From: Bacteroidales bacterium
GTDB taxonomy: Bacteria; Bacteroidota; Bacteroidia; Bacteroidales; UBA3663
Reading direction: 5' to 3'
Length of the DNA: 64,000 nucleotides
Assembly (NCBI GenBank): GCA_045639585.1
Contig: JAZUDJ010000034.1
Coordinates: forward strand, 1,303-65,302
Shown: piece by piece, positions 46,092 to 57,793 of the stretch
Position numbering within the stretch: the first letter of the stretch is position 1
Layout of the letters: each line of letters starts with the position of its first letter
Translations under genes and position numbers: made by a program
The notes under the pieces: model-generated
What the model saw: only the letters and a program-made list of their open reading frames with translations
The model's database searches: none
Told to the model about the DNA's origin: nothing

Positions 46092-47606
46092 ATGAATAAT
46101 ATTAACTGGTCATTGATTCGCCACATCTTCGGTGTGCTGCTGCTTATGGAAGCCTTCTTCATGGGCTTGGCAACACTTGTGGGTGTATACTATCATTATC
46201 AGATAGGAGAGGGCGACTGGTTGGCATTACTCGTCACTACGCTGATCACAGCGACGGTGGGAGAGGCGATGCTGATGACCAGTAAGGGGCATACTCGACG
46301 GATAACTACACGAGAAGGCTTTCTCGTCGTCTCGTTGGCATGGGTGGTGTTTTGCACCTTAGGTATGATACCGTTCCTGCTCACGGGTACAAGTCCGACG
46401 GTAGGAAGCGCTTATCTTGAGGCTATGTCTGGCTTCACGACTACGGGTTGCACCACGATTACCGACCTCGAATCGGTGCCTCATGGATTGATGTTCTGGC
46501 GTCACATCATGCAGTGGCTTGGAGGCTTGGGCATCGTGGTCATCAGCTTGGCACTAATCCCAATGATCGGCACGGGAGCCACACAGGTATTCAGTGCAGA
46601 GACGAATGGATTGAGTGTGGATAAACTCCGTCCGAAGATCCAACAGACGGCACAACGCCTCTGGACGATTTATCTTGGCTTGAGCGTACTCAACGTATTG
46701 CTCTATTGGTTAGGCGATATGTCGTGGTTTGACGCTGTCTGCCACACGTTCTCTACGATGGCTTCGGGTGGATTCAGTACACATTCTGCATCGATTGGCT
46801 TCTTCCAGTCTTCATATATAGAATATGTGTGCATTGTCTTCCTGTTTGTCACGTCGGTCAACTATAATCTGTTCTATTTCTTGGGTATGGGTTATTTCCG
46901 GCTGACTTGGAAGAATGAAGAACTTCGATGGTTTACCTACGCCGTCATAGGTTTCACGTTGCTCTTTATGTTTCTTAACTACTTGACGGCAACGGGAGTT
47001 ATCGGAGATGTTACTGATCCCTCAAGTCTTGGTGATGGCACGTGGGAATGCCGATTCCGTACTTCGCTCTTCCATACTTTGACCATTATCTCGTCAGCAG
47101 GCTATCAGGCGCAGTATTTCGACTATGTGGCATGGGGTCATGTCTTCTGGCTCCCGACGCTCATGATGATGGCTATGGGAGGTTGCTCATCGAGTACTGC
47201 AGGTGGCTTAAAGGTGGTTCGATTTGTGGTACTTTTTAAGAACGCCAAGCAGGAGTTTTTTCAGGCTTTGCATCCGCGTTCGGTAAGTGCAGTACGTCTC
47301 AATGGACATACGCTGCCACATGATACGGTTTTCAAGATACTGGCTATGCTGAGTATTTATCTCATTCTGCTGGTTATCTCGATATTTATACTGCAATGCA
47401 TGGGTATTACATTCGACACGTCTATCGGCTGTGTCATCTCTGCATTAGGTAATACTGGTCCTGCTTTGGGAGATGCAGGTCCTGCTTTCAACTGGGCTTT
47501 CCTGCCGGAGGTTGCTAAGTGGTACCTTGCATTTCTGATGATGGTAGGACGACTTGAAATTTTTACGGTGATACTGTTATTCTCACCGATGTTCTGGAAG
47601 AAGTAA
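46092..47606 (+). CDS. trkH: TrkH-family potassium transporter
   Basis: Polytopic protein with repeated selectivity-filter-like motifs (SGFTTTGCT, STMASGGFST, SSAGYQ, LGNTGPALG). Confidence 0.9.
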   Translation: MNNINWSLIRHIFGVLLLMEAFFMGLATLVGVYYHYQIGEGDWLALLVTTLITATVGEAMLMTSKGHTRRITTREGFLVVSLAWVVFCTLGMIPFLLTGTSPTVGSAYLEAMSGFTTTGCTTITDLESVPHGLMFWRHIMQWLGGLGIVVISLALIPMIGTGATQVFSAETNGLSVDKLRPKIQQTAQRLWTIYLGLSVLNVLLYWLGDMSWFDAVCHTFSTMASGGFSTHSASIGFFQSSYIEYVCIVFLFVTSVNYNLFYFLGMGYFRLTWKNEELRWFTYAVIGFTLLFMFLNYLTATGVIGDVTDPSSLGDGTWECRFRTSLFHTLTIISSAGYQAQYFDYVAWGHVFWLPTLMMMAMGGCSSSTAGGLKVVRFVVLFKNAKQEFFQALHPRSVSAVRLNGHTLPHDTVFKILAMLSIYLILLVISIFILQCMGITFDTSIGCVISALGNTGPALGDAGPAFNWAFLPEVAKWYLAFLMMVGRLEIFTVILLFSPMFWKK

Positions 47607-47637
47607 AGAAACAAACAAAATAGAATTTTCAAATATA

Positions 47638-50226
47638 ATGGCAACAAAAGATAAGAAATCAACTGTAAAGGAAAGTAAGGCTCCAAAGAAGCCCAGCAAG
47701 CTGAAAGCATTTTTTCAGAGTGAGCGTTCCCGGTTTATTGCTGGCTTGTTGATCCTGGTCTTTTCAGCTTCATTAGCTGTAGCTTTCCTGTCATTCCTCG
47801 TTACGGGTAAGGACGATCAGGCTCTGCTCGAGAATATGCCTCTCTCTGCCATTTTTAGTACAGGTAATGGTCTGAACAACTGGGGTGGTACTATAGGCGC
47901 GTTTGCTTCTGAATACTGCATCAATCGCTGGATTGGCCTTTCTGCGTTCTTGTTCGTGGTGTTCTTATTCCGTTTTGGATATAGTATGATTCAACGTCTG
48001 AGCCTTCGTCCGATGGTCGGTATCTTTGTTCGCACAGCTTTATGGGCTATCTGGTTCTCGTTGTTCTTCGGTATGGTCTGTGCGGTGCTTGATGCATGGT
48101 TCGACTTAGGAATGCAGTCGCAATTCATCTACCTAGGAGGTAAGCATGGTTATGACTTTGCCCAACTACTGATTGCCAATTTAGGTACGATGGGACTTAT
48201 ATTCGTCATCATCGCTACAGGATTGATTCTGAGTGCTTTCGTATTTACAAGCACGATGGATCGAACACGTCGTCTCTTCGAGGTGGCTCCTTGGTTCAGG
48301 GTTCGATATAGTGATTTGCGAAAGAAGGTCCTTGAGCGTCAGGCTAAGCGCAAGGCAGAGAAAGAGAAGCAGGAGGAAGAGGCTCGGCAAGCCGCTCTTC
48401 TGGCTCAACAGCAGCAAGAAGTAGTGGATCCTCAAGAAGAACCATTAGATGTTGTTGATCAGGAAGGACAAGACCAAGACCCTGTGGTCGGTACAGAAAT
48501 TCCAGTCATTATCCCAGCTGCTACTATTACCCCAGAAGTTCCTGAGGTAATTACAGACGTAGTCCCTGAGACTCTTGCTACCAATGACCCAACCTTCACG
48601 GTTAAGACCAATACTACTGAGGTTGTGGATGAGCCTGTAGCTAAGGATACGGATGATTTGCCGATGGAGGATTATGATCCTACGGCAGACTTGTCTCATT
48701 ACCAGTTCCCTGGCTTCGACCTGCTCAAGGCTTATGACAGCAATGTCTCGGTAGATATGAACGAGCAGAATGAGAACAAGGAGAAGATCCGTCAGACATT
48801 GAGTGACTATGGTATTGAGATTCAGAGCATCTCCGCTACTGTTGGACCGACCATTACATTGTTTGAAATCGTTCTGGTATCAGGTACGAAGATCAGCCGT
48901 GTCAAGAACCTGAGTGACGAAATCGCCATGTCTATCGCTTCGAAGAGCGGTATCCGTATCATTGCGCCAATCCCTGGTAAGTCGGCGATCGGTATTGAGG
49001 TACCTAACAATGATCCGCAGACCGTCTCGATGCGAGATTGTATCGCTTCTCGCGCCTTCCAGGAGGCGAAGATGGAACTTCCTGTTGCGTTGGGTAAGAC
49101 TATTACCAATGAGGTGTTTACATTCGACCTTGCCAAGGCTCCACATCTTCTTGTTGCTGGTGCAACTGGTCAGGGTAAGTCTGTAGGTTTGAATGCTATC
49201 ATTACTTCGCTACTTTATAAGAAGCATCCTTCTCAGTTGAAGATTGTGCTTGTAGACCCAAAGATGGTAGAGTTCAGCATCTACAAGCGTATCGAGAAAC
49301 ACTATCTGGCCAAGTTGCCTGATCAGGAGAATCCTATTATTACTGACGTCACAAAGACCGTCGACATTCTCCGCTCGCTTTGTGCAGAGATGGAGGATCG
49401 CTATGCTTTGGTCGAAGACGCAGGCGTACGTAATATTAAGGAATATAACGAGAAGTTCATCCATCGTCACCTTAATCCAAAGAAGCACATTACAGCTCCA
49501 ATCGGTAGCCGAGAGGGTACACATCACCGTTATCTGCCTTATATCGTGGCTGTTATCGATGAGTATGGTGACTTGATTATGACAGCAGGTAAGGAGGTGG
49601 AGCTTCCTATCGCTCGTATTGCACAGAAGGCGCGCGCTGTGGGTATTCACATGATCATCGCTACCCAGCGTCCTTCTGCCAAGATCGTGACAGGTATCAT
49701 CAAGGCCAACTTCCCTGCACGTATTGCTTTCCGTGTATCCCAGAGCATCGACTCAAGTATTATCCTTGATCAGCCTGGTGCACAGAACCTGATTGGTCGT
49801 GGTGACCTGCTCTATTCGTCTGGTAATGTTCCGGTACGTGTGCAATGTGCATTTGTTGATACACCTGAGGTGGATCGTATCAACCACTTTATCGCTGACC
49901 AGCAGAGCTATCCTACGGCGCTTATCCTTCCTGAACCTAAGTTGCAGGAAGGAGAGGATGATGGAAGCGGAAGTGCTGAAGTTGATCTGAACCAGCTTGA
50001 TTCCATGTTCGAAGAAGCTGCCGAGATGGTAGTTGCCACAGGACAGGGTAGCACCTCGATGATCCAGCGTAAGTTCAGTATTGGATATAATCGTGCTGGC
50101 CGCATTATGGATCAGCTCGAGGCTGCTGGTATTGTAGGTCCTTATACGGGTAGCAAGGCGCGTGCCGTGTTGGTTGATAGTGATAGTGAATTACGACAGA
50201 TTCTGGAGGATCTCAAGAACAGATAA
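47638..50226 (+). CDS. ftsK: DNA translocase FtsK/SpoIIIE
   Basis: N-terminal TM segments, an acidic/Pro-rich linker, Walker A VAGATGQGKS, IHMIIATQRPS, and a gamma domain MIQRKFSIGYNRAGRIMDQLE. Confidence 0.95.
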   Translation: MATKDKKSTVKESKAPKKPSKLKAFFQSERSRFIAGLLILVFSASLAVAFLSFLVTGKDDQALLENMPLSAIFSTGNGLNNWGGTIGAFASEYCINRWIGLSAFLFVVFLFRFGYSMIQRLSLRPMVGIFVRTALWAIWFSLFFGMVCAVLDAWFDLGMQSQFIYLGGKHGYDFAQLLIANLGTMGLIFVIIATGLILSAFVFTSTMDRTRRLFEVAPWFRVRYSDLRKKVLERQAKRKAEKEKQEEEARQAALLAQQQQEVVDPQEEPLDVVDQEGQDQDPVVGTEIPVIIPAATITPEVPEVITDVVPETLATNDPTFTVKTNTTEVVDEPVAKDTDDLPMEDYDPTADLSHYQFPGFDLLKAYDSNVSVDMNEQNENKEKIRQTLSDYGIEIQSISATVGPTITLFEIVLVSGTKISRVKNLSDEIAMSIASKSGIRIIAPIPGKSAIGIEVPNNDPQTVSMRDCIASRAFQEAKMELPVALGKTITNEVFTFDLAKAPHLLVAGATGQGKSVGLNAIITSLLYKKHPSQLKIVLVDPKMVEFSIYKRIEKHYLAKLPDQENPIITDVTKTVDILRSLCAEMEDRYALVEDAGVRNIKEYNEKFIHRHLNPKKHITAPIGSREGTHHRYLPYIVAVIDEYGDLIMTAGKEVELPIARIAQKARAVGIHMIIATQRPSAKIVTGIIKANFPARIAFRVSQSIDSSIILDQPGAQNLIGRGDLLYSSGNVPVRVQCAFVDTPEVDRINHFIADQQSYPTALILPEPKLQEGEDDGSGSAEVDLNQLDSMFEEAAEMVVATGQGSTSMIQRKFSIGYNRAGRIMDQLEAAGIVGPYTGSKARAVLVDSDSELRQILEDLKNR

Positions 50227-50238
50227 CTGGCATCTATT

Positions 50239-51207
50239 GTGAAGCGAAGACTACTTTTGATTTTCTTTTCCTTGCTGATTACTACACAGTTGATAGCAGG
50301 CCCGCGCTGGCGCTCGTTTATCAACTGGGTAGATAGTGCAGACATAGCTGGCGCTGATACTAGCTATGTTCGTTGGCCGAAGCAGGATTTGATTGCGTCT
50401 ATCAATTCAAAGATAACCAGTTCTACACTTCATGTCCATTATCATTATCCTACTGAATATGGAGATCTGAGTTACGATGGCTCTGCCACTGCCGAACTTC
50501 AGACTCCAATCTCTCTTAGCTTGGCTTATCGTGGTTGGGGTGTGAGTTATTCGCGCAATTTTGAGAAGAATGTCGATGATGAGTTTTCGTTCTCAACATG
50601 TGGCAGGAAGTATGGTGCGGAGCTTCGTTATCAGCATAGTCATTCTTATTCGGGTACTATCGAAGATGATATGGGCTATCAGGAAGACATTGATATACAA
50701 CCTGGTGATATTACACAGGAATTGTATTATGCCAATGTCTATTATGTCTTCAATAGTAAGCGCTTTTCCTTACCAGCTGCCCTTTTACAAACCGTTATTC
50801 AGCGTCGTAGTGCAGGCAGTTGGTTGGCGGCGATAAATTTCCAGCGCAATATCCTGAATTTTCAAGATATACCTTTCTATAAGGTTACTTCTACGAAAAT
50901 CAGCTTAGGAGGTGGATATGCTTATAACTGGGCCTTCGCTAAGGAGAAGTGTCTTTTACATGCCTCTATAATGCCATTGCTCAATGTCTATAATCATAAT
51001 AGTATTTATTCGGATGCTGGCAAGGAAGCAGCTACAGAGTCTATTTCACTTAATGGAAACATTCACTTAAGTTTCGTATACAATGTTTCCAGATATGTGA
51101 TGGGAGCCTCAAACATATATTACTTGTCATGGCAGAATTTATCCGATCGTATTGCTGTTGTTGATTTGAATTGGTCAAGTAGACTTTTCATTGGTGTACG
51201 TTTTTAA
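50239..51207 (+). CDS. hypothetical secreted protein, probable outer-membrane beta-barrel (possibly DUF4421-type)
   Basis: GTG start, signal peptide, alternating beta-strand-like pattern, C-terminal ...FIGVRF (terminal Phe). Confidence 0.5.
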   Translation: MKRRLLLIFFSLLITTQLIAGPRWRSFINWVDSADIAGADTSYVRWPKQDLIASINSKITSSTLHVHYHYPTEYGDLSYDGSATAELQTPISLSLAYRGWGVSYSRNFEKNVDDEFSFSTCGRKYGAELRYQHSHSYSGTIEDDMGYQEDIDIQPGDITQELYYANVYYVFNSKRFSLPAALLQTVIQRRSAGSWLAAINFQRNILNFQDIPFYKVTSTKISLGGGYAYNWAFAKEKCLLHASIMPLLNVYNHNSIYSDAGKEAATESISLNGNIHLSFVYNVSRYVMGASNIYYLSWQNLSDRIAVVDLNWSSRLFIGVRF

Positions 51208-51269
51208 CGGAAAAGCTGCTTCATTATCAGTTTCTGAATTATTTTTTTGCTATTTCCAATAATAATTAT

Positions 51270-51277
51270 TATCTTTG
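51270..51277 (+). promoter_or_regulatory. -7 box TATCTTTG upstream of the acyltransferase gene
   Basis: ATTATCTTTGCCCC, 22 nt upstream of the ATG at 51299. Confidence 0.5.
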
Positions 51278-51298
51278 CCCCAATTCTAATTTTTATTG

Positions 51299-52051
51299 AT
51301 GAAAAGATTGATTAACCAGCTCAAGACCTACTACTCGTTCGGCATTTTTGTGCTGTACATTTTCTTTGTGGGGGTTCCTATGGGTTGGTATTATTCATTG
51401 TTTTATAAAGACCTTGCTAAAAATCAGGATAAGTACCACAAACATGCTGCACATTTCTTCCGTCGTTTCATGCGGCATTATCTCTGTTGTGGCACTCATG
51501 AGGTACGTAATCCATATTGTGAGGACTTCAAGAAGCCAGCTCTGATTATTGCCAATCATCAGTCTCTCCTCGATCTTCCGCTTACCATGATGATGTCTCC
51601 TAAACTGGTAGTCATGACAGGACAGTGGGTGTGGGAGAGTAAGATTTACGGAAAAGTTGTCAAGTTCTGCGACTATTTCCCTAGCAGTATGCCGATGGAC
51701 GAAATGCTGGCTCACCTCAAGGATGTGATGAACCGAGGTTATTCCGTGGTTATCTTTCCTGAGGGCACGCGATCTGAAGATTGCCAGATTCACACCTTCC
51801 GCCGTGGCGCTTTCCATCTTGCAGAGCAATTACGCTGTGATATTCTTCCGATGGTTATCTGGGGTACGGGTAAGGTGCTCCCGAAGCAGGACTTCTGTTT
51901 GCAGAATGGTCACATGATTCTTGATATTGGCAAGCGTGTAAGTTTTGAAGAAGGTATCATGGGAGAGAATCATGGCCAGTTGACACGATATTGGCACAAG
52001 TTCTTCCTGAAGAGATATGCTGAACTCGAAGAGGAGAACGCTCCTCAATAA
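51299..52051 (+). CDS. plsC: 1-acyl-sn-glycerol-3-phosphate (lysophospholipid) acyltransferase family protein
   Basis: NHQSLLD (HX4D) and FPEGTRS acyltransferase motifs. Confidence 0.8.
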   Translation: MKRLINQLKTYYSFGIFVLYIFFVGVPMGWYYSLFYKDLAKNQDKYHKHAAHFFRRFMRHYLCCGTHEVRNPYCEDFKKPALIIANHQSLLDLPLTMMMSPKLVVMTGQWVWESKIYGKVVKFCDYFPSSMPMDEMLAHLKDVMNRGYSVVIFPEGTRSEDCQIHTFRRGAFHLAEQLRCDILPMVIWGTGKVLPKQDFCLQNGHMILDIGKRVSFEEGIMGENHGQLTRYWHKFFLKRYAELEEENAPQ

Positions 52052-52072
52052 TTCCGAAATTAATTCATTTGA

Positions 52073-53580
<1,508 letters not shown>

Positions 53581-53581
<1 letters not shown>

Positions 53582-54369
53582 TGAAAAGACTCTATACACT
53601 GATAATGCTGCTCCTTTCAGGGGCAGCATTATTTGCTCAATCTCACGAAGTCCTTATCAGCACTAACATGGGCAATATGCGCGTCGTGCTTTATGATGAT
53701 TGTCCAAAGACGGTTGCCAACTTCCTCGGCAAGGTACGTGCTGGCTACTATGATGACTCACTCTTCGGTCGTGTCATTCCTACCTTCATGATCCAGGGTG
53801 GTGCACCGGATAGTAAGACGGCTGGACCTGGCCAGAGCATTGGTTGGGGAGATGTCAGCGAAGAGATCCCGATGGAGACCACCCGTCATATTCCGAAGAA
53901 AGGCGCTCTCTGTGCTCCTCATCGTGACGGTGTAAGGAAATCTGATATGTCGCAGTTCTTCATCGTCGAAGGTTATCCGATGTCTGACGCAACGCTCAAC
54001 AACTGGGAGAAGACTCACAACGCTGAGGCTCGTAAGAAGGCTAAGAAAGTGGTCATGACCAAAGCGGTGGTCGATAGCCTTGATATGCTGAAGACTGTTG
54101 ACGCCAAGATGTACAACCAGCTGGCGCGTCGTGTCAATCATGACATAGACAGTATTGCACGCTCTTATCCAGGTACTCGCTTCTTCACTCCAGAAGAGCG
54201 CGAAGCCTATACGACAGTAGGCGGTGCCTACCACATCTATGGCGAATATACCTGCTATGGAGAGGTTGTCGAAGGTCTCGAAGTCATCAGCAAGATTGCT
54301 GCTCTTGAGAGCAATGTTGCAAACCGTCCTCGCACGGATGTGCGAATGAAGATTAAGGTAATAAAATGA
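53581..54369 (+). CDS. cyclophilin-type peptidyl-prolyl isomerase (secreted, with a ~90-aa insertion)
   Basis: Signal peptide; FGRVIPTFMIQGG, MSQFFIV and CYGEVVEGLEVISKI. The start overlaps the guaB stop (TAATG). Confidence 0.85.
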
Positions 54370-54397
54370 TGCTTAGACATTAAAGCATATATTCATT

Positions 54398-54608
54398 ATA
54401 ATAATAACGGACGTCCTGCAAGCAAGGCGTCCGTTATTTTATGTAGGAAAGGACATTTTGCAAGCAAGGCGTCCATTCTTATATGTGGGAATGGCTCTCC
54501 TGCAAACAAGACGTCCATTCTTTTATGCGGGAACGTCCATTCTGCAAGCAAGGCGTCCATTCTTTCGATTAAGAACGTCCGTCTTGCATGCAGGATGTCC
54601 ATTCTTTA
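54398..54608. repeat. tandem array B: five diverged 42-bp stem-loop units of the same family as array A
   Basis: The loop motif GCAAGCAAGG and its variants start at 54418, 54460, 54502, 54544 and 54586, an exact 42-bp phase. Stems are AAYGGACG/CGTCC-type and the outer stem is GGAA..TTC(T)T. Confidence 0.85.
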
Positions 54609-54609
54609 A

Positions 54610-56631
54610 TTACTTGAAGATAGCACACCAGCCACCGGCAGGAGCCAGGTTGATGTTAATCTTTTCTGAAGCTGAGACCTTGCGGGTCACGTGCTTGTAA
54701 TCCGTAGCCTCACGATCAGCGTTGATGCCATCGGTGAAGCTGTCCATGCTCACGTCAGAAGTCAGGAACTTAGAGAGGTCGATGGTCATGGTGCGAGGCG
54801 ACCAGTTGTTCATGGCTGCCACGTACCAGGTGTCACCCTTGCGACGAGCGATGGCAACGTATTCGCCCATTTCTCCGCTGAGAGGGATGGTCTCGTCGAA
54901 GGTGGTAGGTACAGCGGCAATGAAGTCGGTGCACTCCTGGTTCTGCTCGTAGTGTGTCGGCGAGTCGGCCATCATCTGGAGAGGAGCCTCGTAGATGACA
55001 TACATAGCCATCTGGTGCACGCGGGTACCCATGCTCATAGGGTGGTTGTTGTTGCCGAAGAAGTGGTCGCGGGTAGCGTTGTGCATAGCGCCTGGGGTGT
55101 AGTCGAGTGGGCCAGGGAGCATGCGGAGGTAAGGGATCGAGACGTCGTAGCGTGGCATGTCGTGCACAGGGCCATTGGCATTGCGCTGCTCCCACTTGCA
55201 GTTCTCCAAACCCTTGACGCCCTCGAAGTTGACGACGTTAGGATAGGCGCGCTGCACGCCCATTGGCTTGAGGCCGTGGTAATCTACGAGCAGGTGGTGC
55301 TTGGCAGCATACTCAGCCATCTCGTAAGCAGAGGCGATAACGATCTGATCATCACGGTCGAAGAAATCAATCTTGAAGCCTTTGACGCCAGCTTCCTTGT
55401 AGTGATTCATGTTGCGCTCCATGTCTTTGATGAGGTTGCGCCATGAGCTCCAGAGGATAATACCAACGTTCTTCTCCTTGCCATATGCCACGAGCTCAGG
55501 AATAGAGAGTTCGTCGTTGGCGTACTTGAGGAGGTCTTCTTCATCGCTCCAACCTTCATCGACGATGATGTATTCTACGCCATTCTTCGATGCAAAGTCG
55601 ATGTACTTCTTGTAGGTGAGGGTGTTGATGCCAGCGCGGAAGTCGACGTTATAGAGGTTCCAGTTGTTCCACCAGTCCCAAGCCACCTTGCCCGGCTTGA
55701 TCCATGAGGTGTCAGCGAGGCGGCACTCAGGAGAGAGGCAGAATGGGGTGTCTGTGTCGAGCAACTGAGTATCCTGCGCAGTGACAAGCACCAGACGCCA
55801 AGGCAACTGCTGGAGAGGCTTGAGGTCGGCGATGTAGTCGGCACGCTTTGTTGGCACGAGGTTCAGACGGTCGAAGCCACCTACTACGGTTTCGAGTGGC
55901 AGAGGTGCGAAGTCGGTGAGGAGCGTGTTGGCTGGGGTAGCGTCATTGCGATAAAGGAACATGCCAGGGTAGTTCTCGACGCTGGTTTCCATCACGATGG
56001 CCTTCATCTGGTTAGGCAGACAGACAGCCAGTGGAGTGATGGCTATAGAGTCAGGGAACATCTTCGAGATTGGCTGTTCGTCGTAATATGACTCAAAAGA
56101 ATAGCAGTACTTCTCGCCGCCGCGGTTGTCGTTGACGTATGGCACGAAGGCCTTGTAATCGTCAGCGAAGCAGAAAGCGTTGTTCTCGCTCACTACGCGC
56201 ACTGGCTTGTTTACTTTGCTCACGAGGCGGTATGCGCAACCGTCGTTATAAGCTCTGACCACGAGGTTGAATTCGCCGCTACATGTGAGGGTGAGCTCGT
56301 TGCAAGTCTCGTTGACGGTACTCCTTTTGTAGTTAATAGGGTTGAAGGTACGGCTGATGGCCTTCTGCTTAGCGCCTGAGATGCGGGTCTTCTCGCCCCA
56401 CTCTGTCTGCATTGTTTTCTTACCGACGCTTTTTGTGGTCTTGATGCTGATAGCCGATGGGAGAAGCACTGTGGCGCCGTCGCGCTCGATGCTCCAGGTG
56501 ATTTTCTCTGTGTCACAGACTGTGGCTTTCAGGTGGCCATCAGGAGAGGTCACGACATAGTCCTTGGCCTGCATGCTCATGCCAGTAAGGAGCAGAAGAG
56601 CGGTTAGTGATAGTGCTTTGTAGTGTTTCAT
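54610..56631 (-). CDS. GH97 glycoside hydrolase (alpha-glucosidase/alpha-galactosidase family)
   Basis: Signal peptide MKHYKALSLTALLLLTGMSMQA; IIVDEGWS; GVKGFKIDFFDRDDQ; ~670 aa. The start is set at 56631 rather than the ORF start at 56673. Confidence 0.88.
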   Translation of the reverse strand: MKHYKALSLTALLLLTGMSMQAKDYVVTSPDGHLKATVCDTEKITWSIERDGATVLLPSAISIKTTKSVGKKTMQTEWGEKTRISGAKQKAISRTFNPINYKRSTVNETCNELTLTCSGEFNLVVRAYNDGCAYRLVSKVNKPVRVVSENNAFCFADDYKAFVPYVNDNRGGEKYCYSFESYYDEQPISKMFPDSIAITPLAVCLPNQMKAIVMETSVENYPGMFLYRNDATPANTLLTDFAPLPLETVVGGFDRLNLVPTKRADYIADLKPLQQLPWRLVLVTAQDTQLLDTDTPFCLSPECRLADTSWIKPGKVAWDWWNNWNLYNVDFRAGINTLTYKKYIDFASKNGVEYIIVDEGWSDEEDLLKYANDELSIPELVAYGKEKNVGIILWSSWRNLIKDMERNMNHYKEAGVKGFKIDFFDRDDQIVIASAYEMAEYAAKHHLLVDYHGLKPMGVQRAYPNVVNFEGVKGLENCKWEQRNANGPVHDMPRYDVSIPYLRMLPGPLDYTPGAMHNATRDHFFGNNNHPMSMGTRVHQMAMYVIYEAPLQMMADSPTHYEQNQECTDFIAAVPTTFDETIPLSGEMGEYVAIARRKGDTWYVAAMNNWSPRTMTIDLSKFLTSDVSMDSFTDGINADREATDYKHVTRKVSASEKININLAPAGGWCAIFK

Positions 56632-56642
56632 AAAATAATTAG

Positions 56643-57764
56643 TTAGTAGGGTATAGTTGTAATTTGTAAGCAAATTCTGTGCATATTCTCCATTGCATTT
56701 TCCTTCCTCATCAGTTCTTCAATGGGTCTATTGTCTCCCTCATTGATTGATCGAACCTCTGAGAAACCAGCAAGGAGCAGTTCTTGTGAGTCTTCTATTG
56801 CACCAGAAAGAAGCGTGCAGGGGATACCTAGCCTTTTAGCTCTTGCAAGTACTCCCATCGGTACTTTCTTCGGAGCTTCTGCACAACTTCTTTGGTCAAT
56901 ATTTTCTCCTATTATATTATATAATGTCTGTCCATCCGTCTTGCCTTCGCCTGTCAGCACCAGGTCGGCATCTGCAATTTGCTGGTCAAAGTGGATGGCA
57001 TCAAGAAGCAGGTCTACGCCAGAGGTGAGCTTGGCGTTGAGATAGGCCATCAAGCCATAACCTAAGCCGCCTGCTGCACCTGCGCCTGGATGATTGACCA
57101 GTACGGGAGAAGCAATCCCTGCTGACTCTGTTTCTCGTGCGAAGTCCCTCAGTCTTTTGTTCAGGAGGATGACCTGCTCAGGGGTAGCACCTTTCTGTGG
57201 AGCGAAGACGAATGCTGCACCCTCAGGTCCATAGAGCGGATTGCTGACATCTGAGGCTACGATGACTTCTACAGGCAAGGGTACGTAAGGACGCAGACAC
57301 TCAATCATACCCTGTCCACCATCGCACGTGGCGCTTCCTCCTATGCCCATGATGATCTTCGTACATCCGCGGCGAATGGCGTCAAGAATCATTTCTCCAA
57401 TACCGTAGGTGGTCGTAATCATCGGGTTGCGCTTCTCCATTGGCACTAAAGTCAAGCCGCTGGCAGCCGCCATCTCCATATACGCGGTCTTCTGCTCTTG
57501 GTTCGTGCTATTACTTGATGAGAAAGAGACCGCATACTTCGCTTCAATCTCCTGCATCAACGGGTCATGAACCTTGACTGTAATCATCTCCACGTCAAGA
57601 GCCTCTGCAATACAATCCACCATTCCTTCTCCGCCATCGCTCATCGGCAAGCATACTACCTCAGCGTCCGGATAGCACTCCTGCAATCCAGAGGCTGCTG
57701 CATGGCATGCTTCCTGTGCACTCATGCAACCTTTGAACGAGTCGAAGGCGGTGATGATCTTCAT
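56643..57764 (-). CDS. glycerate kinase
   Basis: MKIITAFDSFKGCMSAQEAC N-terminus, MSDGGEG, LVLTGEGKTDGQTL. Confidence 0.88.
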   Translation of the reverse strand: MKIITAFDSFKGCMSAQEACHAAASGLQECYPDAEVVCLPMSDGGEGMVDCIAEALDVEMITVKVHDPLMQEIEAKYAVSFSSSNSTNQEQKTAYMEMAAASGLTLVPMEKRNPMITTTYGIGEMILDAIRRGCTKIIMGIGGSATCDGGQGMIECLRPYVPLPVEVIVASDVSNPLYGPEGAAFVFAPQKGATPEQVILLNKRLRDFARETESAGIASPVLVNHPGAGAAGGLGYGLMAYLNAKLTSGVDLLLDAIHFDQQIADADLVLTGEGKTDGQTLYNIIGENIDQRSCAEAPKKVPMGVLARAKRLGIPCTLLSGAIEDSQELLLAGFSEVRSINEGDNRPIEELMRKENAMENMHRICLQITTIPY

Positions 57765-57793
57765 TGTGATTATTCAGGATATGATATGTTTTG

